A DNA stretch of 56,468 bases from Dehalococcoidia bacterium (lineage in GTDB: Bacteria > Chloroflexota > Dehalococcoidia > GIF9 > AB-539-J10): positions 1-56,468 of the forward strand of contig JAGGVQ010000007.1 of assembly GCA_021157895.1 (NCBI GenBank). Reading direction: 5' to 3'. Shown piece by piece: positions 23,578 through 36,232 of this stretch (position 1 is its first letter; each line of letters starts with the position of its first letter). Made by a program: the position numbers and the translations under genes. Under the pieces are notes generated by a model that was not told where the DNA came from, made no database searches, and saw only the letters and a list, made by a program, of their open reading frames with translations.

Positions 23578-23586
23578 CACGAATCG

Positions 23587-24018
23587 ATGATGGTTAAGAA
23601 GATATTGGTCCCAGTGAGAGGACGTGGTGCTGATGATGATGCTTTAAAATTAGCTTGTACCGTGGCACAAAAGTCTAAGGCTGAGGTTTATGTGCTGTAT
23701 ATTATTGAGGTGGCAAGGGATCTTCCTCTGGATGCTCATGTTGACGAGGAAGTGGGGAAAGCAGAGGAAGTTCTGACTCATGCCGAGGATATTGCTGCTG
23801 ATATTGGTTATGACATCGACACTGATTTGATACAGTCCAGGGATATTGGTTCTGCCATTGTTGATGAAGTTGTCCAGAGAAATGTAGACCTGGTTGTGAT
23901 GGGGATTGGTTACCGTAATCCTCTGGGCAAGTTTGATTTGGGCGACATTATTCCTTATGTTCTCAAGGAGGCTCCCTGCCAAGTGCTGGTATATCGCGGA
24001 TATAAGCCTTCCGAATAA
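23587..24018 (+). CDS. universal stress protein
   Basis: KKILVPV, DLVVMG, G....YVLKEAPCQV. Confidence 0.9.
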   Translation: MMVKKILVPVRGRGADDDALKLACTVAQKSKAEVYVLYIIEVARDLPLDAHVDEEVGKAEEVLTHAEDIAADIGYDIDTDLIQSRDIGSAIVDEVVQRNVDLVVMGIGYRNPLGKFDLGDIIPYVLKEAPCQVLVYRGYKPSE

Positions 24019-24420
24019 GTGATGAAAGTTTTTGTCATAGGTTGTGGCCGTATGGGGGCTGAATTGGCCAGTAGATTGGATGCTGAGGGGCACCAGGTTG
24101 TTATCATAGATACCGATGCCAGCAGCTTTGATAAGCTCCCCTCTGATTTTAAGGGGACGACTTTGCTGGGAGATGCTACTGATGAGGAGGTGTTGAGGAA
24201 GGCAGGCATTGCAGATGCTGATGGGTTTGTTGCTATTACTAGGGAGGATGATAAAAATGCCATGACAGCTCAGATTGCCAAAGAGATATTTCATATACCC
24301 AGGGTTCTCTGTCGTATCTATGACCCTCTGCGCGAGGAATTTTATAAGACTCTAGGGCTTGAGGGGCTCAGTCCCACTAGCATCGTTGCCAATCTTCTCA
24401 AAGAGAAATTGGAGCAGTAG
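24019..24420 (+). CDS. TrkA-family RCK_N-only protein
   Basis: VIGCGRMG Rossmann motif, GDATD..VL.KAGI, no RCK_C domain (133 aa). Confidence 0.88.
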   Translation: MMKVFVIGCGRMGAELASRLDAEGHQVVIIDTDASSFDKLPSDFKGTTLLGDATDEEVLRKAGIADADGFVAITREDDKNAMTAQIAKEIFHIPRVLCRIYDPLREEFYKTLGLEGLSPTSIVANLLKEKLEQ

Positions 24421-25104
24421 ATGTATATCATGATTGTTGGGGGGGGAAAGACGGGTTATTATCTATGCCGGAAGCTGATAGCCCTGGAACACGAAGTGCT
24501 GATGGTTGAGAAAAGGCTGGATAGATGCGATGAGATTCGTGAAGAGCTTGGTAGCGTTGCCTTGTGTGGGGATGGCAGTGAAATATCTGTTTTGTCCAAG
24601 GCAGGGATATCCCGAGCAGAGATGTTGATTGCTGTTACTGATGAGGATGAGGACAACCTGGCAGTCTGCCAGATTGCCAAGCAAAAGTTTAAAGTTCCCC
24701 AGGTTATTGCCAAGATTAATAACCCGAGGAACGAGCATATTTTTGCTAAGCTCGGAATAGATCGCAGTGTGAATGTGGCTGAGCTTGTTTTGGAGCGAGT
24801 CGAATTGCAACTCTCGAGCTCTACCGTGGTCCATCTGCTGAGCTTTCCTGATAGTAGCCTGGATATTGTATTTGTCAGGGTAACTGAGGGTTCGGGGATA
24901 TTGGACAAATCTCCGAAGGAGCTATCCCTACCTTCAGGTTGTCTTACCTGCTTGTTCCGGATTCGCGGACAAGGGGCTGGTGTACTGAACCAAGACACTA
25001 TATTTGAAGTTGGTGACCAGCTGATTTGTTCTATTCCTAGTGGCAGTATGGGGGAGGTGCGAGCACTGCTTGCTGGCGGTCAAGTGACAGCGAGCAATGA
25101 CTAA
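24421..25104 (+). CDS. TrkA-family potassium transport regulatory protein (RCK_N + RCK_C)
   Basis: IVGGGKTG, GDG, VTDEDEDNL, C-terminal RCK_C-like beta domain. Confidence 0.88.
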   Translation: MYIMIVGGGKTGYYLCRKLIALEHEVLMVEKRLDRCDEIREELGSVALCGDGSEISVLSKAGISRAEMLIAVTDEDEDNLAVCQIAKQKFKVPQVIAKINNPRNEHIFAKLGIDRSVNVAELVLERVELQLSSSTVVHLLSFPDSSLDIVFVRVTEGSGILDKSPKELSLPSGCLTCLFRIRGQGAGVLNQDTIFEVGDQLICSIPSGSMGEVRALLAGGQVTASND

Positions 25105-25924
25105 GATCGCTTTTCAGGGAGAGAGGGGTGCTTTCAGCGAGGATGCTGCTACCAGATTTTTTGGTACGCATATCGATTTCTTGCCCTGTGCTTATTTAAG
25201 GGATGTCTTTCAAGCAGTGCTGACGGAGGAAGTCCCTTTTGGCATGGTTCCTGTAGAAAATTCTCAGGCAGGCAGCATCAATGATACCTATGATTTACTG
25301 TTGTCCTATCCTCTTAACATCTTTGCTGAGCTTATCCTGAGGGTGCATCATTGTCTTATGGCTTTGCCAGGACAATCCCTGGCAGAGATAACTGCAGTTT
25401 ATTCTCATCCCCAGGCGTTGGCTCAGTGTGACAAATTTTTGAGCCAGCTTCAAGTTGAGACTATTCCTGCTTATGATACTGCAGGCAGTGCCAAAATGAT
25501 AAAGGAAAAGCACTTACGTGATTGTGCTGCCATAGCTAATAGTAGGGCTGCTGATATTTATGGACTAGAGGTTTTGGCGTCGGGCATTGAAACCAACCCT
25601 CATAACTATACCAGGTTTTTTGCTATTTCCAAGCAGAAAACTCGACCCGCAAGGGAGAATAAAACTTCGCTGGTTTTTGCTGTCAAACACGTGTCCGGCG
25701 CATTATATTCTATCTTGGGCATTTTCGCTGCCAGGGATATAAATCTGACAAAGTTGGAGTCCAGACCCAGCAGGGATAAGCCCTGGGAGTATGTGTTTTA
25801 CGCTGATTTTGAGGGTCATGTGGATAGCGAGATATATCGGGGTGTCATTGAGGAGCTCCGGGAGAAAACTACTTTTCTTCGCTTGCTTGGCTCTTACCCC
25901 AAGTCTGAAGAGCGGCTAGCCTAG
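25097..25924 (+). CDS. pheA: prephenate dehydratase
   Basis: FQGERGAFSE, PVENS, SHPQALAQC, NYTRF, ACT domain NLTKLESRP. Confidence 0.95.
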   Translation: MTKIAFQGERGAFSEDAATRFFGTHIDFLPCAYLRDVFQAVLTEEVPFGMVPVENSQAGSINDTYDLLLSYPLNIFAELILRVHHCLMALPGQSLAEITAVYSHPQALAQCDKFLSQLQVETIPAYDTAGSAKMIKEKHLRDCAAIANSRAADIYGLEVLASGIETNPHNYTRFFAISKQKTRPARENKTSLVFAVKHVSGALYSILGIFAARDINLTKLESRPSRDKPWEYVFYADFEGHVDSEIYRGVIEELREKTTFLRLLGSYPKSEERLA

Positions 25925-26401
25925 CTCTGCTTTGAGTTTCCTGTATGTGGCAGCCAATGCCTCCGAAGTAACCTTGGTGTTGGATAGTATGGGCATGAAA
26001 TTGGTGTCGCCTTGCCATCGGGGGACTACATGAGTATGCATGTGGTCTTCTATTCCTGCCCCGGCCGCCTTGCCGATATTGATTCCAATGTTAAATCCAG
26101 CAGGTTTCAGCACGGCAGATAATAATTCGGTGCTTTTTTTCACAAGTTGAAAGTGTTCCATTACCTCTTGATTGGAGAGGTCCCCTAAGTTGGCTGAGTG
26201 TCGGTATGGGGCTATCATTAAATGACCAGGATTATAGGGGAAAGCGTTGAGCATAATGAAATTATATTGACCGCGATAGAGAATGAGGTTTGCCTCGTCC
26301 AGAGTTTCCTTAGGTTTTTGGCATAAAATGCAACCGTTACCCTTCGGTTTCTCTATGTACTCTATTCTCCAGGGGGCCCAGATATACTCCATTTGATCCA
26401 T
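25916..26401 (-). CDS. HIT family hydrolase
   Basis: WAPWR..YI, CILC, N.FPY..GH, HMHTH triad, PRW.GD.NF. Confidence 0.93.
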   Translation of the reverse strand: MDQMEYIWAPWRIEYIEKPKGNGCILCQKPKETLDEANLILYRGQYNFIMLNAFPYNPGHLMIAPYRHSANLGDLSNQEVMEHFQLVKKSTELLSAVLKPAGFNIGINIGKAAGAGIEDHMHTHVVPRWQGDTNFMPILSNTKVTSEALAATYRKLKAELG

Positions 26402-26604
26402 ATACTATGCTAAATAGTTTCTGGTTGCAATAACAGTATGGGGTTATTCTGAAGGAGGAACTCCAGTCGATTCCTTCGGGCTGGAGGCTGTTAACTGGAG
26501 ATAGTTGTGTTAGTGGAGACCTTTGCTTGGGCATGATGGAGTTATGCTACAATTTAAGCCCGGTATTATGATCGGAATGAATTAGTTGTCGGATTTTAAT
26601 AGAT

Positions 26605-27948
26605 ATGTTGGAAGTATTAACACAGAAGTTAACCGGAATATTTCGTAGCCTGGGAAAGAAGGGTAAGCTTACTGAAAAAGAAGTTGATGTCGCCTTGAGG
26701 GAGATACGGCTGGCTCTGCTTGAAGCGGATGTGAATTTTAAGGTGGTGCGGGAATTTTTGTCCACGGTAAGGGAACGCGCTGTTGAGACTGAGGTATTAC
26801 AAAGCCTGACATCGGTACAGCAGATCGTTAAAATCGTCAATGAAGAGATGGTTGGTATCCTGGGGAGGGAACCTGGTCAATTAAATCTTTCTCATCGGCC
26901 CTCGGTAATTCTGCTTGTTGGGTTACAGGGCTCAGGCAAGACAACCACTGTTGTAAAGTTGGCATCTCATCTGAAGCGTAGGGGGCAGAACTCGCTGCTG
27001 GTAGCAGCTGATACCAAGCGTCCTGCTGCTGTGGAGCAACTTAAGCTGTTAGGAGAACAGCAGAACATCCAGGTGTATAGCGAGGGCACCAGTGCTATAC
27101 CGGTAACTATTTGTCGCCATGCCTTGGGGAAGGCTAAGCAAATGATGGCAGATTGGCTGATTGTGGATACTCAGGGGCGTTTGCAGACCGATGAACATGT
27201 GATGGCAGAACTGAGTGATATGAAAGGTAAATTAGAACCTACTGAGGTGTTGTTGACGGTGGACGCGATGACGGGACAAGATGCTGTGAAAATAGCTCAA
27301 GAATTCCATCAGAGGATTGGACTTACCGGGCTTATCCTGACCAAGATGGATGGGGATGCTAGAGGTGGGGCTGCGCTATCTATCCGGTATGTTACCGGGG
27401 TTCCGATAAAGTTTATGGGGGTGGGAGAGAAGGTGGAGGATCTGGAGCTATTTTATCCTGATCGGCTGGCCTCTCGCATTTTGGGAATGGGTGACATGCT
27501 TACCCTTATTGAGAAAGCCGACAGGGCTATGGATCAACAGCAGCTTAAGCAGTGGCAGAAGAAAATGAGCACTGCTAGCCTTGATGTTGAAGATACTTTG
27601 GCTCAACTGCGCCAGGTAAGGAAGATGGGTTCATTGAGCCGTCTTGTTGAAATGCTCCCAGGATTTTCTCAATTTGCCTCACGGCTACCTGGAGATGCTG
27701 GGGAAAGCCAATTAAGGAAGGTGGAGGCTATTATTCTGTCTATGACTCCTGAGGAGCGGCGTAATCCTGCGGTGATTAATGGTAGCCGGCGCCATCGTAT
27801 TGCTGCTGGAAGTGGAACAACTACTAAGGATGTTAACCAATTTCTCAACCAGTTTTACCAGATACAGAAATTAACCAAGATGATGAAGCGAGGCCGGTTA
27901 CCAAAGGGCATGCAGGGCATATTTTTTCATCAGGGTCACTCCAGGTAA
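26605..27948 (+). CDS. ffh: signal recognition particle protein
   Basis: [32 protein letters not shown] domain. Confidence 0.97.
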   Translation: MLEVLTQKLTGIFRSLGKKGKLTEKEVDVALREIRLALLEADVNFKVVREFLSTVRERAVETEVLQSLTSVQQIVKIVNEEMVGILGREPGQLNLSHRPSVILLVGLQGSGKTTTVVKLASHLKRRGQNSLLVAADTKRPAAVEQLKLLGEQQNIQVYSEGTSAIPVTICRHALGKAKQMMADWLIVDTQGRLQTDEHVMAELSDMKGKLEPTEVLLTVDAMTGQDAVKIAQEFHQRIGLTGLILTKMDGDARGGAALSIRYVTGVPIKFMGVGEKVEDLELFYPDRLASRILGMGDMLTLIEKADRAMDQQQLKQWQKKMSTASLDVEDTLAQLRQVRKMGSLSRLVEMLPGFSQFASRLPGDAGESQLRKVEAIILSMTPEERRNPAVINGSRRHRIAAGSGTTTKDVNQFLNQFYQIQKLTKMMKRGRLPKGMQGIFFHQGHSR

Positions 27949-29387
27949 TCTCTGAGCCTGCGGCTGAGTTTGGGATGGCGGAGCTTACGTAAAGCTTTTG
28001 CTTCGATTTGGCGAATTCTTTCTCTGGTGACATTGAATTCTTTGCCTACCTCTTCCAAAGTTCGGCCTCGTCCGTCTTGAAGGCCGAATCTAAGTTGTAG
28101 CACCCTCTTCTCCCTGGGACTTAATTCATCCAGCACGGACTCAATTTGTTCCTTGAGTAGTTGTTGAGAAACTGCGGATATGGGAGCCAGGCTAGTGTGA
28201 TCTTCTACAAAGTCACTCAGCCGGCTGTCCTCTTCTTCCCCGATAGGTGTTTCTAGGGAAGTGGGTTCATGATGGAATAAGTTCATGATCCCCTCGATTT
28301 TCTCCGGTGTTATATCCTGATGCTGGCAAATTTCATCGCGTGTTGGCTCACGTCCATACTCTTGAGTTAGCTCTCGCGTGGTTCTCAGTAACCTGTTAAT
28401 TGTCTCAATCATGTGAACAGGGATACGAATTGTGCGGGCGTGGTCGGCTATGGACCTGGTGATACCTTGCTTGATCCACCAAGTGGCATAGGTGCTGAAT
28501 TTATATCCTTTCCTGTACTGGAATTTGTGCACGGCCCTGATAAGTCCGATATTTCCTTCCTGGATAAGGTCAAGCAGAGACATGCCATGTCCAATATATT
28601 TCTTGGCTATACTTACTACCAGGCGTAGATTGGCCTGAATGAGATGTGTTTCAGCTCTTTCTGCTTCACTTTTTATCTTTTCAAAATGGTCTGCGAATGT
28701 GCTGGCATGTGAACTCACGGCGTGAAGAAATTCACTATCGGATAAGCAAGCTGGTATTTCCTGCCAGGGAATCTGTTCTTTGATGGATTTCAGTATCTGT
28801 GGAGACAGGAGATGACTGCTTATGGAGAGGGCGATAATAGCTTTTTCTGCAGCAGGAGTATCTCCATTTATTCTTTGTGCTACTTTGGTGAGGAGTGCTG
28901 GGTCGGTAACTTTATCAATAGCAGATTGGAATTCAGGGTTCATAGTTGTTTCCAGCAAATCACAAGAGCTACTATCAATGCCCAGATGCTCTCTTATCAC
29001 CTGAACCACGGGATAAGATTGATACAGCTGGTCAAGCAGGTATATTACGATGTCAGTTGTTGTGGGAGAGGTTTTGTATTTCTTGAAATGTGCCTCTTCT
29101 ATTCTCTTCAGATAATTCCCCTGCTCTGTTTTGTGGGACAGGATTTTTTCCTCAGCAGCCTTAAGTAATGGCACTTTGCCGATTTCGTGGAGGTACATGC
29201 GAGCTGAGTCATCACTTACCTCCTCTGGCTCGATTTGTGGTTTGATCTCTTTGGTAGAATCTTCCTCAGATATAACTTCATTATCAGAATCCAATTCACT
29301 ATCCGTTTCACTAAGGAGAATATTTTCTATTGCCCTCTCAGCGTTTTTCTTGCTGTTGGCAGGACTGCTATTTTTGACTGGTGTCAT
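27936..29387 (-). CDS. rpoD: primary sigma factor
   Basis: [52 protein letters not shown]. Confidence 0.96.
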   Translation of the reverse strand: MTPVKNSSPANSKKNAERAIENILLSETDSELDSDNEVISEEDSTKEIKPQIEPEEVSDDSARMYLHEIGKVPLLKAAEEKILSHKTEQGNYLKRIEEAHFKKYKTSPTTTDIVIYLLDQLYQSYPVVQVIREHLGIDSSSCDLLETTMNPEFQSAIDKVTDPALLTKVAQRINGDTPAAEKAIIALSISSHLLSPQILKSIKEQIPWQEIPACLSDSEFLHAVSSHASTFADHFEKIKSEAERAETHLIQANLRLVVSIAKKYIGHGMSLLDLIQEGNIGLIRAVHKFQYRKGYKFSTYATWWIKQGITRSIADHARTIRIPVHMIETINRLLRTTRELTQEYGREPTRDEICQHQDITPEKIEGIMNLFHHEPTSLETPIGEEEDSRLSDFVEDHTSLAPISAVSQQLLKEQIESVLDELSPREKRVLQLRFGLQDGRGRTLEEVGKEFNVTRERIRQIEAKALRKLRHPKLSRRLRDYLE

Positions 29388-31188
29388 TTTTATTCCTCCG
29401 ATTTCCTTCTCTGATGAAAATTTCCTGTAGTTGTTGGTCTGGAAGTATACCTTGCTCCTCCAACTTGGCTAATTCAGCAGCTATACCTTCTTTCTCGCGT
29501 GTTATGCTGAACATGAACTCTCTCTCTCTCTGAAAGCGTTTGGTTAGTCTCTCCTGTAAGCGCAGAATACAATCACTACATACAGCCTGTCTGTTACTGA
29601 AGTCTTTCTTGATGGCAGGGGGAAAGGATTTATGATATAGGTATTGTATGTGTTCTGCTAAGCCAGGGTCAAGTTTCTGGCTCAGGGTATTGATGTCGGG
29701 TGCACGTTGCCACGCGAGGAATAACTCGCGATTTTCAGTAGATTCGAAATGATCTGGTGATAATTCTTGAGCCATACTTCGCAAATCGGGATATTGTAGG
29801 AGCAGGGCCAAGCAATAGTCATCAAGCGGGCTGGCCAGATCAGGGCGCTGCGGATTAAAGCTTTCTCCAGCCATGGGATATGTCTGTCTTCTTCTATTCA
29901 CATGGAGATTCTTCAGGCTTGTTACCAGGGTTGCCTCGCTTACTTTCAGTATATTGGCTAGTTTTTGGATGTAATGAGCTTGATATATGGGGGCAGCAAT
30001 CTCGCTAAGAAGAGGAAGGAGCTTTTGAGCTGCTGTGGACTTATCTTTGGCTTTGTTGAGGTCGAGCTTACTCATTGTTACTTGGAAGGCGAAATCGAGA
30101 GATGGTAGTGCTTCTTGGACCAAATTTTGCCATGTAGATGGACTTTCTCCGATTACATCATCAGGGTCTTTGCCTTGAGGTAGAGATATGATCTTTAGTT
30201 CAGCATCGACGATACCTTTACCCAATGACTTTACCAGAGTTTCTATACCTCGAAGTGTTGCTTCCTCCCCGGCGGTGTCAGCATCAAGCGCCAGTGTGAT
30301 GTGCTTGGTTAATCGCTTGATAACTTCCACCTGTTTCTCAGTGAGGGATGTGCCCATTGAAGCAACCACATTGTTCCATCCATGCTGGTGGGCTTTGATA
30401 GTATCCATGTAGCCTTCCACGACAATAACCAGATTGTTTATCCGGATGGCATTCTTGGCCTTGTCGATGCCATAGGGAGTACTGCTTTTATCAAAAAGTG
30501 GTGTTTGGGGAGAGTTAATGTATTTGGGCTGTGAGTTGTCCAGGGCTCTGGCCCCGAATCCTGTGACTCTGCCTTGGATATCACATATGGGAAACATTAA
30601 CCGATTACGAAATCTGTCGTAGCTATTTCCCTCTTTCGAAATTATCAACCCAGCCTGCTTCATTTCCTCGTCCTTATATCCTTTGTTCTGGAGAAAAGTT
30701 TTCAGCACATCCCATCCGTTGGGGCTGTAACCTAGACGAAAGTCGCTTATAACCTCCGGGCTTATCTTTCTGGCGTTGAGATATTTTCTTGCGGCTTCCC
30801 CTGTAGCAGTACTTGTCAATATGTGGTGATAGTATTCGGCAGCGGCATCTGTTACATGGAATAACCGTTGTTGTGCTTCATTCTCAGCAACTCTTGTTGA
30901 CCCCTGAGAACTCAAAGATATGCCTGCCCTTTCAGCCAGTATGCGCAGGGATTGCCCAAATTCGACCCCCTCTTTTTTCATAATAAAGGAGAATACATCT
31001 CCTCCTGTGCCGCAAGCGCCAAAGCAATGCCATGTCTGCTGTTCTGGAAATACGAAGAACGAAGGATGCTTCTCGTTGTGGAAGGGGCACAGGGCCTTGA
31101 AGTTCTGTCCTGCTTTTTCCAGGTGGACACATTCGGAGATGACATCCACTATATCTATTTTGCGTTTTATATCTTCGGCCAGGCTCAA
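29368..31188 (-). CDS. dnaG: DNA primase
   Basis: CPFH..HCFGAC zinc finger, [28 protein letters not shown]. Confidence 0.97.
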   Translation of the reverse strand: MSLAEDIKRKIDIVDVISECVHLEKAGQNFKALCPFHNEKHPSFFVFPEQQTWHCFGACGTGGDVFSFIMKKEGVEFGQSLRILAERAGISLSSQGSTRVAENEAQQRLFHVTDAAAEYYHHILTSTATGEAARKYLNARKISPEVISDFRLGYSPNGWDVLKTFLQNKGYKDEEMKQAGLIISKEGNSYDRFRNRLMFPICDIQGRVTGFGARALDNSQPKYINSPQTPLFDKSSTPYGIDKAKNAIRINNLVIVVEGYMDTIKAHQHGWNNVVASMGTSLTEKQVEVIKRLTKHITLALDADTAGEEATLRGIETLVKSLGKGIVDAELKIISLPQGKDPDDVIGESPSTWQNLVQEALPSLDFAFQVTMSKLDLNKAKDKSTAAQKLLPLLSEIAAPIYQAHYIQKLANILKVSEATLVTSLKNLHVNRRRQTYPMAGESFNPQRPDLASPLDDYCLALLLQYPDLRSMAQELSPDHFESTENRELFLAWQRAPDINTLSQKLDPGLAEHIQYLYHKSFPPAIKKDFSNRQAVCSDCILRLQERLTKRFQREREFMFSITREKEGIAAELAKLEEQGILPDQQLQEIFIREGNRRNKNDTSQK

Positions 31189-31272
31189 TTTATACCTATT
31201 TCCTCATCTGACCATAATGTGTATTATCCGGATTGGATACAATCGGGGGGAGGGTAAATCGAACCCCTTTTT

Positions 31273-31398
31273 CTATCCTGGCCGAGGTTCCAGTATATTG
31301 ATATGATTCATTTCAGCCAGATTGGCTCCTTTGTTACCAGCGAGCGGAATGTCCTGTTTGCTGAACTCACTAAACCAGGCGATATACTTTATAGTTGT
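31273..31398 (-). pseudogene. ppsA: phosphoenolpyruvate synthase N-terminal remnant
   Basis: Minus frame from 31389: KYIAWFSEFSKQDIPLAGNKGANLAEMNHINILEPRPG*, matching the PEP synthase start (WF.E....D...VGGKGANLGEM); no start codon and an early stop. Confidence 0.75.
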
Positions 31399-31430
31399 TT
31401 ATGGAGTGTTTCTTTGTTAGGGATAGCAAA

Positions 31431-31459
31431 ATTATACCATATGCAGGGTAACTCAACAA
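31431..31459 (-). promoter_or_regulatory. promoter upstream of the ppsA remnant and dnaG-rpoD
   Basis: TTGTTG-N17-TATAAT with TGg extension. Confidence 0.55.
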
Positions 31460-31577
31460 AATATTTTGTCGAATGCGGTATCTTGAAGACGGCGCTGGCT
31501 TAGGCTAAAATGGTTGACTTGAATTGGCTGATTGATTAGGATTAGCAGGACAATATGGTGTTTATCTGGGGGGTAGT

Positions 31578-32111
31578 ATGGTAGAGATGACAATTGAGAG
31601 TATCCGCGTCAGCCTGATGAATTATCAGCGGGTGGTCATATTGAAAGAGAAAGATAATAATCGCTACCTGCCTATTTGGATTGGACCCAATGAAGCAGAT
31701 GCCATTGCAGTGAAGCTGCAGAATGTTGAGCTCAACCGTCCCCTGACGCATGATTTGTTACAATCAGTGATTACTACGCTGGGAGCTTCAGTCAACTTTG
31801 TTGTGGTGAGTGCGCTGCAGAACGATACTTTCTATGGCAAGCTTGATTTAAACGTTGGTGATGAAGAAGTAGAGATTGATTCGCGTCCCAGCGATGCGCT
31901 GGCTTTGGCTGTCAGGATGGGGGTGCCCATATACGCGGAAGAGGCAGTGCTGGCTAAAGCAGGCATCACGCTTGAAGAGGAGGCGCGCCAGCCTGGTTCT
32001 GAAGGTAAGGCAAAGGACAAGCTTGATGATAAGGAACTGAAAGGCCTATCTGCCTACGAAGATTTTGTCAACACTCTGGACCTAGAGGATTTCAAGAAGC
32101 GTAAGTCGTAG
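31578..32111 (+). CDS. bifunctional nuclease family protein (DUF151)
   Basis: LPIWIG..EA.AI, RPLTHDL, IDSRPSDALALA. Confidence 0.92.
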   Translation: MVEMTIESIRVSLMNYQRVVILKEKDNNRYLPIWIGPNEADAIAVKLQNVELNRPLTHDLLQSVITTLGASVNFVVVSALQNDTFYGKLDLNVGDEEVEIDSRPSDALALAVRMGVPIYAEEAVLAKAGITLEEEARQPGSEGKAKDKLDDKELKGLSAYEDFVNTLDLEDFKKRKS

Positions 32112-32130
32112 TGATTTATGAGAAGGAGTT

Positions 32131-32429
32131 GTGATGAAAACATGGCCGGCATCTATGCAATTGCTCACTGTTGGATTTTATGTTGCCCTGAGCCTTCTGA
32201 TACCAACAGGGATAGGGTTTTGGCTTGATCATAGAGCATCTCATGGTTTTCCGTGGCTTACGCTCGTTGGATTGGGACTGGGGACTATCATTATGGCTTA
32301 TGGGGTATATCGTATGATGGTGCCATTTTTACGACAGACTAAAGAAGAGGGAAGGGAAGATCAGCTTTATGGGCCGGTGAAGAAAATAGCTAAGATGACC
32401 TTCCGGGAAAAGAAACAAGAGCATAAATA

Positions 32430-32430
<1 letters not shown>
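32131..32430 (+). CDS. AtpZ/AtpI family ATP synthase accessory protein
   Basis: Two TM helices with G.G.WLD..., first gene before atpB. Confidence 0.8.
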
Positions 32431-33631
<1,201 letters not shown>

Positions 33632-33656
33632 TTTATATCCTGGAGTTAGTGAATTT

Positions 33657-34154
33657 ATGGGTTTAGGCTTAGATTTAGCAACCTTTGTAGGGCAACTTGT
33701 CAGCTTTCTCATATTGCTGGGGTTACTTACCTTTGTTGGCTATAAGCCGATCAGGAAGATGCTGGATCAGAGATCGGAAAAGATAAGGGAAAGCATGGAG
33801 CAAGCTGAGGCCACCAGACAGGAATATGAGAACGCTAAAGTAGCAGTCCAGGAGCAGATTAAGAAGGGTCGTGAGGAAGGACAAGCTATAATTGCTCAGG
33901 CGACGCAGACGGGAAACAGACTCAAGGAAGAGGCAAGGGAGGAGGCGAGGAAGGAAGCGCAGGTTATTGTGGAGCGGGCCCGGGTAGAATTACAGCATGA
34001 GCGGGACCAGATAGTTGATGATTTGCGCCGTGAGTTTGTGGATACTGCCATCTTGGCTGCGGGCAAAGTGATCAGTGAAACGCTGGATAAGAAGAAGCAT
34101 AGAGAGCTAATTGAAGAAGTGTTACAAGAGAGCGCTACTTTGAGGGGTAAATAG
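33657..34154 (+). CDS. atpF: F0 ATP synthase subunit b
   Basis: N-terminal TM (Q.VSFLIL...YKP), then a charged coiled coil. Confidence 0.95.
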   Translation: MGLGLDLATFVGQLVSFLILLGLLTFVGYKPIRKMLDQRSEKIRESMEQAEATRQEYENAKVAVQEQIKKGREEGQAIIAQATQTGNRLKEEAREEARKEAQVIVERARVELQHERDQIVDDLRREFVDTAILAAGKVISETLDKKKHRELIEEVLQESATLRGK

Positions 34155-34164
34155 GAGCTAACTG

Positions 34165-34701
34165 ATGCCACGAGGAGTTTCGGGCAGGAGATATGCTCAG
34201 GCTGCCTTTGATCTGGCTATGGAGAAAAATGAGCTGGACAGCTGGCAGAAGAGCCTGATGAAAGCTGCCGATCTCAGTAAGGATGAGAAGCTTATGGAAT
34301 TGCTGGAGAATCCCAAGATTCCCTTTGAATTTAAGCAGGGGATATTGAAAAAACAACTGAAGGGGATAAATCCTCTTGCGTTAAATTTAGTGGGACTTCT
34401 TATGGCCAGGGGGGGATTGAAAAGCGTTGGGGATATTTCCAGGGAATACGATAATTTATTAGATGCTCATCGTGGTGTTAGACATGCTGCTGTGATTACT
34501 GCTATCGCGTTGGATAGTGGTGCCAAAAAGGAGATGGCAGCTAGCATCGAGAAGGTTCTTGGAGGGGAGGTGGTTATTGATGCGCAGGTGGACCCGGCGA
34601 TAATTGGGGGAGTTCGTGCCAAGGTGGGGGATATGCTCATCGATGGTAGTGTAAGCAGCAGGTTGGAGTCTTTGAGGAATAGTCTGGCTGAAAGTAAATA
34701 G
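34165..34701 (+). CDS. atpH: F1 ATP synthase subunit delta
   Basis: [20 protein letters not shown]. Confidence 0.95.
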   Translation: MPRGVSGRRYAQAAFDLAMEKNELDSWQKSLMKAADLSKDEKLMELLENPKIPFEFKQGILKKQLKGINPLALNLVGLLMARGGLKSVGDISREYDNLLDAHRGVRHAAVITAIALDSGAKKEMAASIEKVLGGEVVIDAQVDPAIIGGVRAKVGDMLIDGSVSSRLESLRNSLAESK

Positions 34702-34718
34702 ATAGATTAGGGGGGCAA

Positions 34719-36230
34719 ATGGCAACTAGAGGACAAGATATAGTTTCGGTGCTTAAGGAAGAGATTGAACATTTTGGTGTTACCGTTGCTGTAGCCAATG
34801 TCGGCACAGTGGTAGAGGTGGGTGATGGCATCGCTCACATTCATGGGCTCAGTAGCGCTAAATACAATGAAATGCTGGAGTTTCCTCATGATATCATGGG
34901 AGTGGCCCTGAACCTGGAGGAAGATAATGTCGGTGCGGTTATCATGGGAGACTGTACCCGCATTAAGGAGGGGGATGAGGTCCGGGCGACCGGCAGAGTT
35001 ATTGAAGTTCCCGTGGGAGATGCTCTTATTGGTCGTGTGGTTGACCCCCTGGGGCGTCCTCTTGATGACAAAGGGCCTATCAAGACGGAGAAAACGCGAC
35101 CGATAGAGAGGGTGGCTCCTGGTGTTGTGGAGCGTGCTCCGGTGAATGTGCCGGTACACACAGGAATTAAGGCTGTTGATAGCATGGTTCCTATTGGCAG
35201 GGGTCAACGCGAGCTCATTATTGGAGATCGCTTCACTGGCAAGTCGGCCATCACCATTGATAGCATAATTGCCCAAAAGGGAGGAGACCTTATCTGTATA
35301 TATGTTGCCGTTGGGCAGAAGACATCCAAGGTGGCGCAGGTGGTGGCCACATTGGAGAAAAATGGTGCTATGGAACATACCATTGTTGTTGTTGCTGGCG
35401 CTTCAGATCCGGCCCCCTTGCAGTATATTGCGCCTTATTCTGGTTGTGCCATGGGCGAGGAATTTATGGAGCAGGGCAAGGATGCCTTGATTGTCTATGA
35501 TGACCTGTATAAACATGCCTGGGCTTACCGTCAACTCTCCCTGTTATTACGCCGCCCCCCGGGCAGAGAAGCTTATCCCGGAGATGTGTTCTATCTCCAC
35601 AGTCGTTTACTGGAGAGAGCCGCAAAATTGTCTCCTGAACGAGGAGGGGGTTCGCTCACTGCTTTGCCTATCATTGAGACTCAGGCAGGAGATATGTCGG
35701 CCTATATTCCCACGAATGTAATTTCCATCACTGATGGACAGATTTATCTTGAGCCTGATTTATTTAATGCTGGCATCCGACCGGCAATCAATGTCGGTTT
35801 ATCGGTATCTCGTGTAGGAGGTTCAGCGCAGCGCAAGGCTACCAGGCAGGTAGCGGGGACCCTGAGGCTGGAGTTGGCCCAGTTCCGTGAACTCCAGGCC
35901 TTTGCTCAGTTTGGTGCTGCTGACCTGGATAAGGCTACCAGAGGACAACTGGAGCGGGGTAGACGTATCACTGAAGTATTGAAGCAGCCGCAGTATTCCC
36001 CTATGTCATTGGGGCAGGAAGTTATGATTCTTTATGCCGTGACCAATGGATACCTCGATGATGTGCCCGTAGACAAGATTGTTGCCTGTGAGCAGAATTT
36101 CCATGAGTTTATGAAAAGCAGTCATCCTGATATTGAACAAAGGATCAACGCTGAGCATGAGATGAAATCTGAGGTCGAGGAAGCTCTGAAGGGGTCACTC
36201 GAAGAATTTAAACAGACCGCTAATTATTAG
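34719..36230 (+). CDS. atpA: F1 ATP synthase subunit alpha
   Basis: [37 protein letters not shown]. Confidence 0.98.
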   Translation: MATRGQDIVSVLKEEIEHFGVTVAVANVGTVVEVGDGIAHIHGLSSAKYNEMLEFPHDIMGVALNLEEDNVGAVIMGDCTRIKEGDEVRATGRVIEVPVGDALIGRVVDPLGRPLDDKGPIKTEKTRPIERVAPGVVERAPVNVPVHTGIKAVDSMVPIGRGQRELIIGDRFTGKSAITIDSIIAQKGGDLICIYVAVGQKTSKVAQVVATLEKNGAMEHTIVVVAGASDPAPLQYIAPYSGCAMGEEFMEQGKDALIVYDDLYKHAWAYRQLSLLLRRPPGREAYPGDVFYLHSRLLERAAKLSPERGGGSLTALPIIETQAGDMSAYIPTNVISITDGQIYLEPDLFNAGIRPAINVGLSVSRVGGSAQRKATRQVAGTLRLELAQFRELQAFAQFGAADLDKATRGQLERGRRITEVLKQPQYSPMSLGQEVMILYAVTNGYLDDVPVDKIVACEQNFHEFMKSSHPDIEQRINAEHEMKSEVEEALKGSLEEFKQTANY

Positions 36231-36232
36231 AT

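Noticed and set aside
26461-26486. Hairpin upstream of ffh as SRP RNA
   Set aside because: Too short and lacks the conserved SRP domain IV internal loop and GNRA tetraloop.
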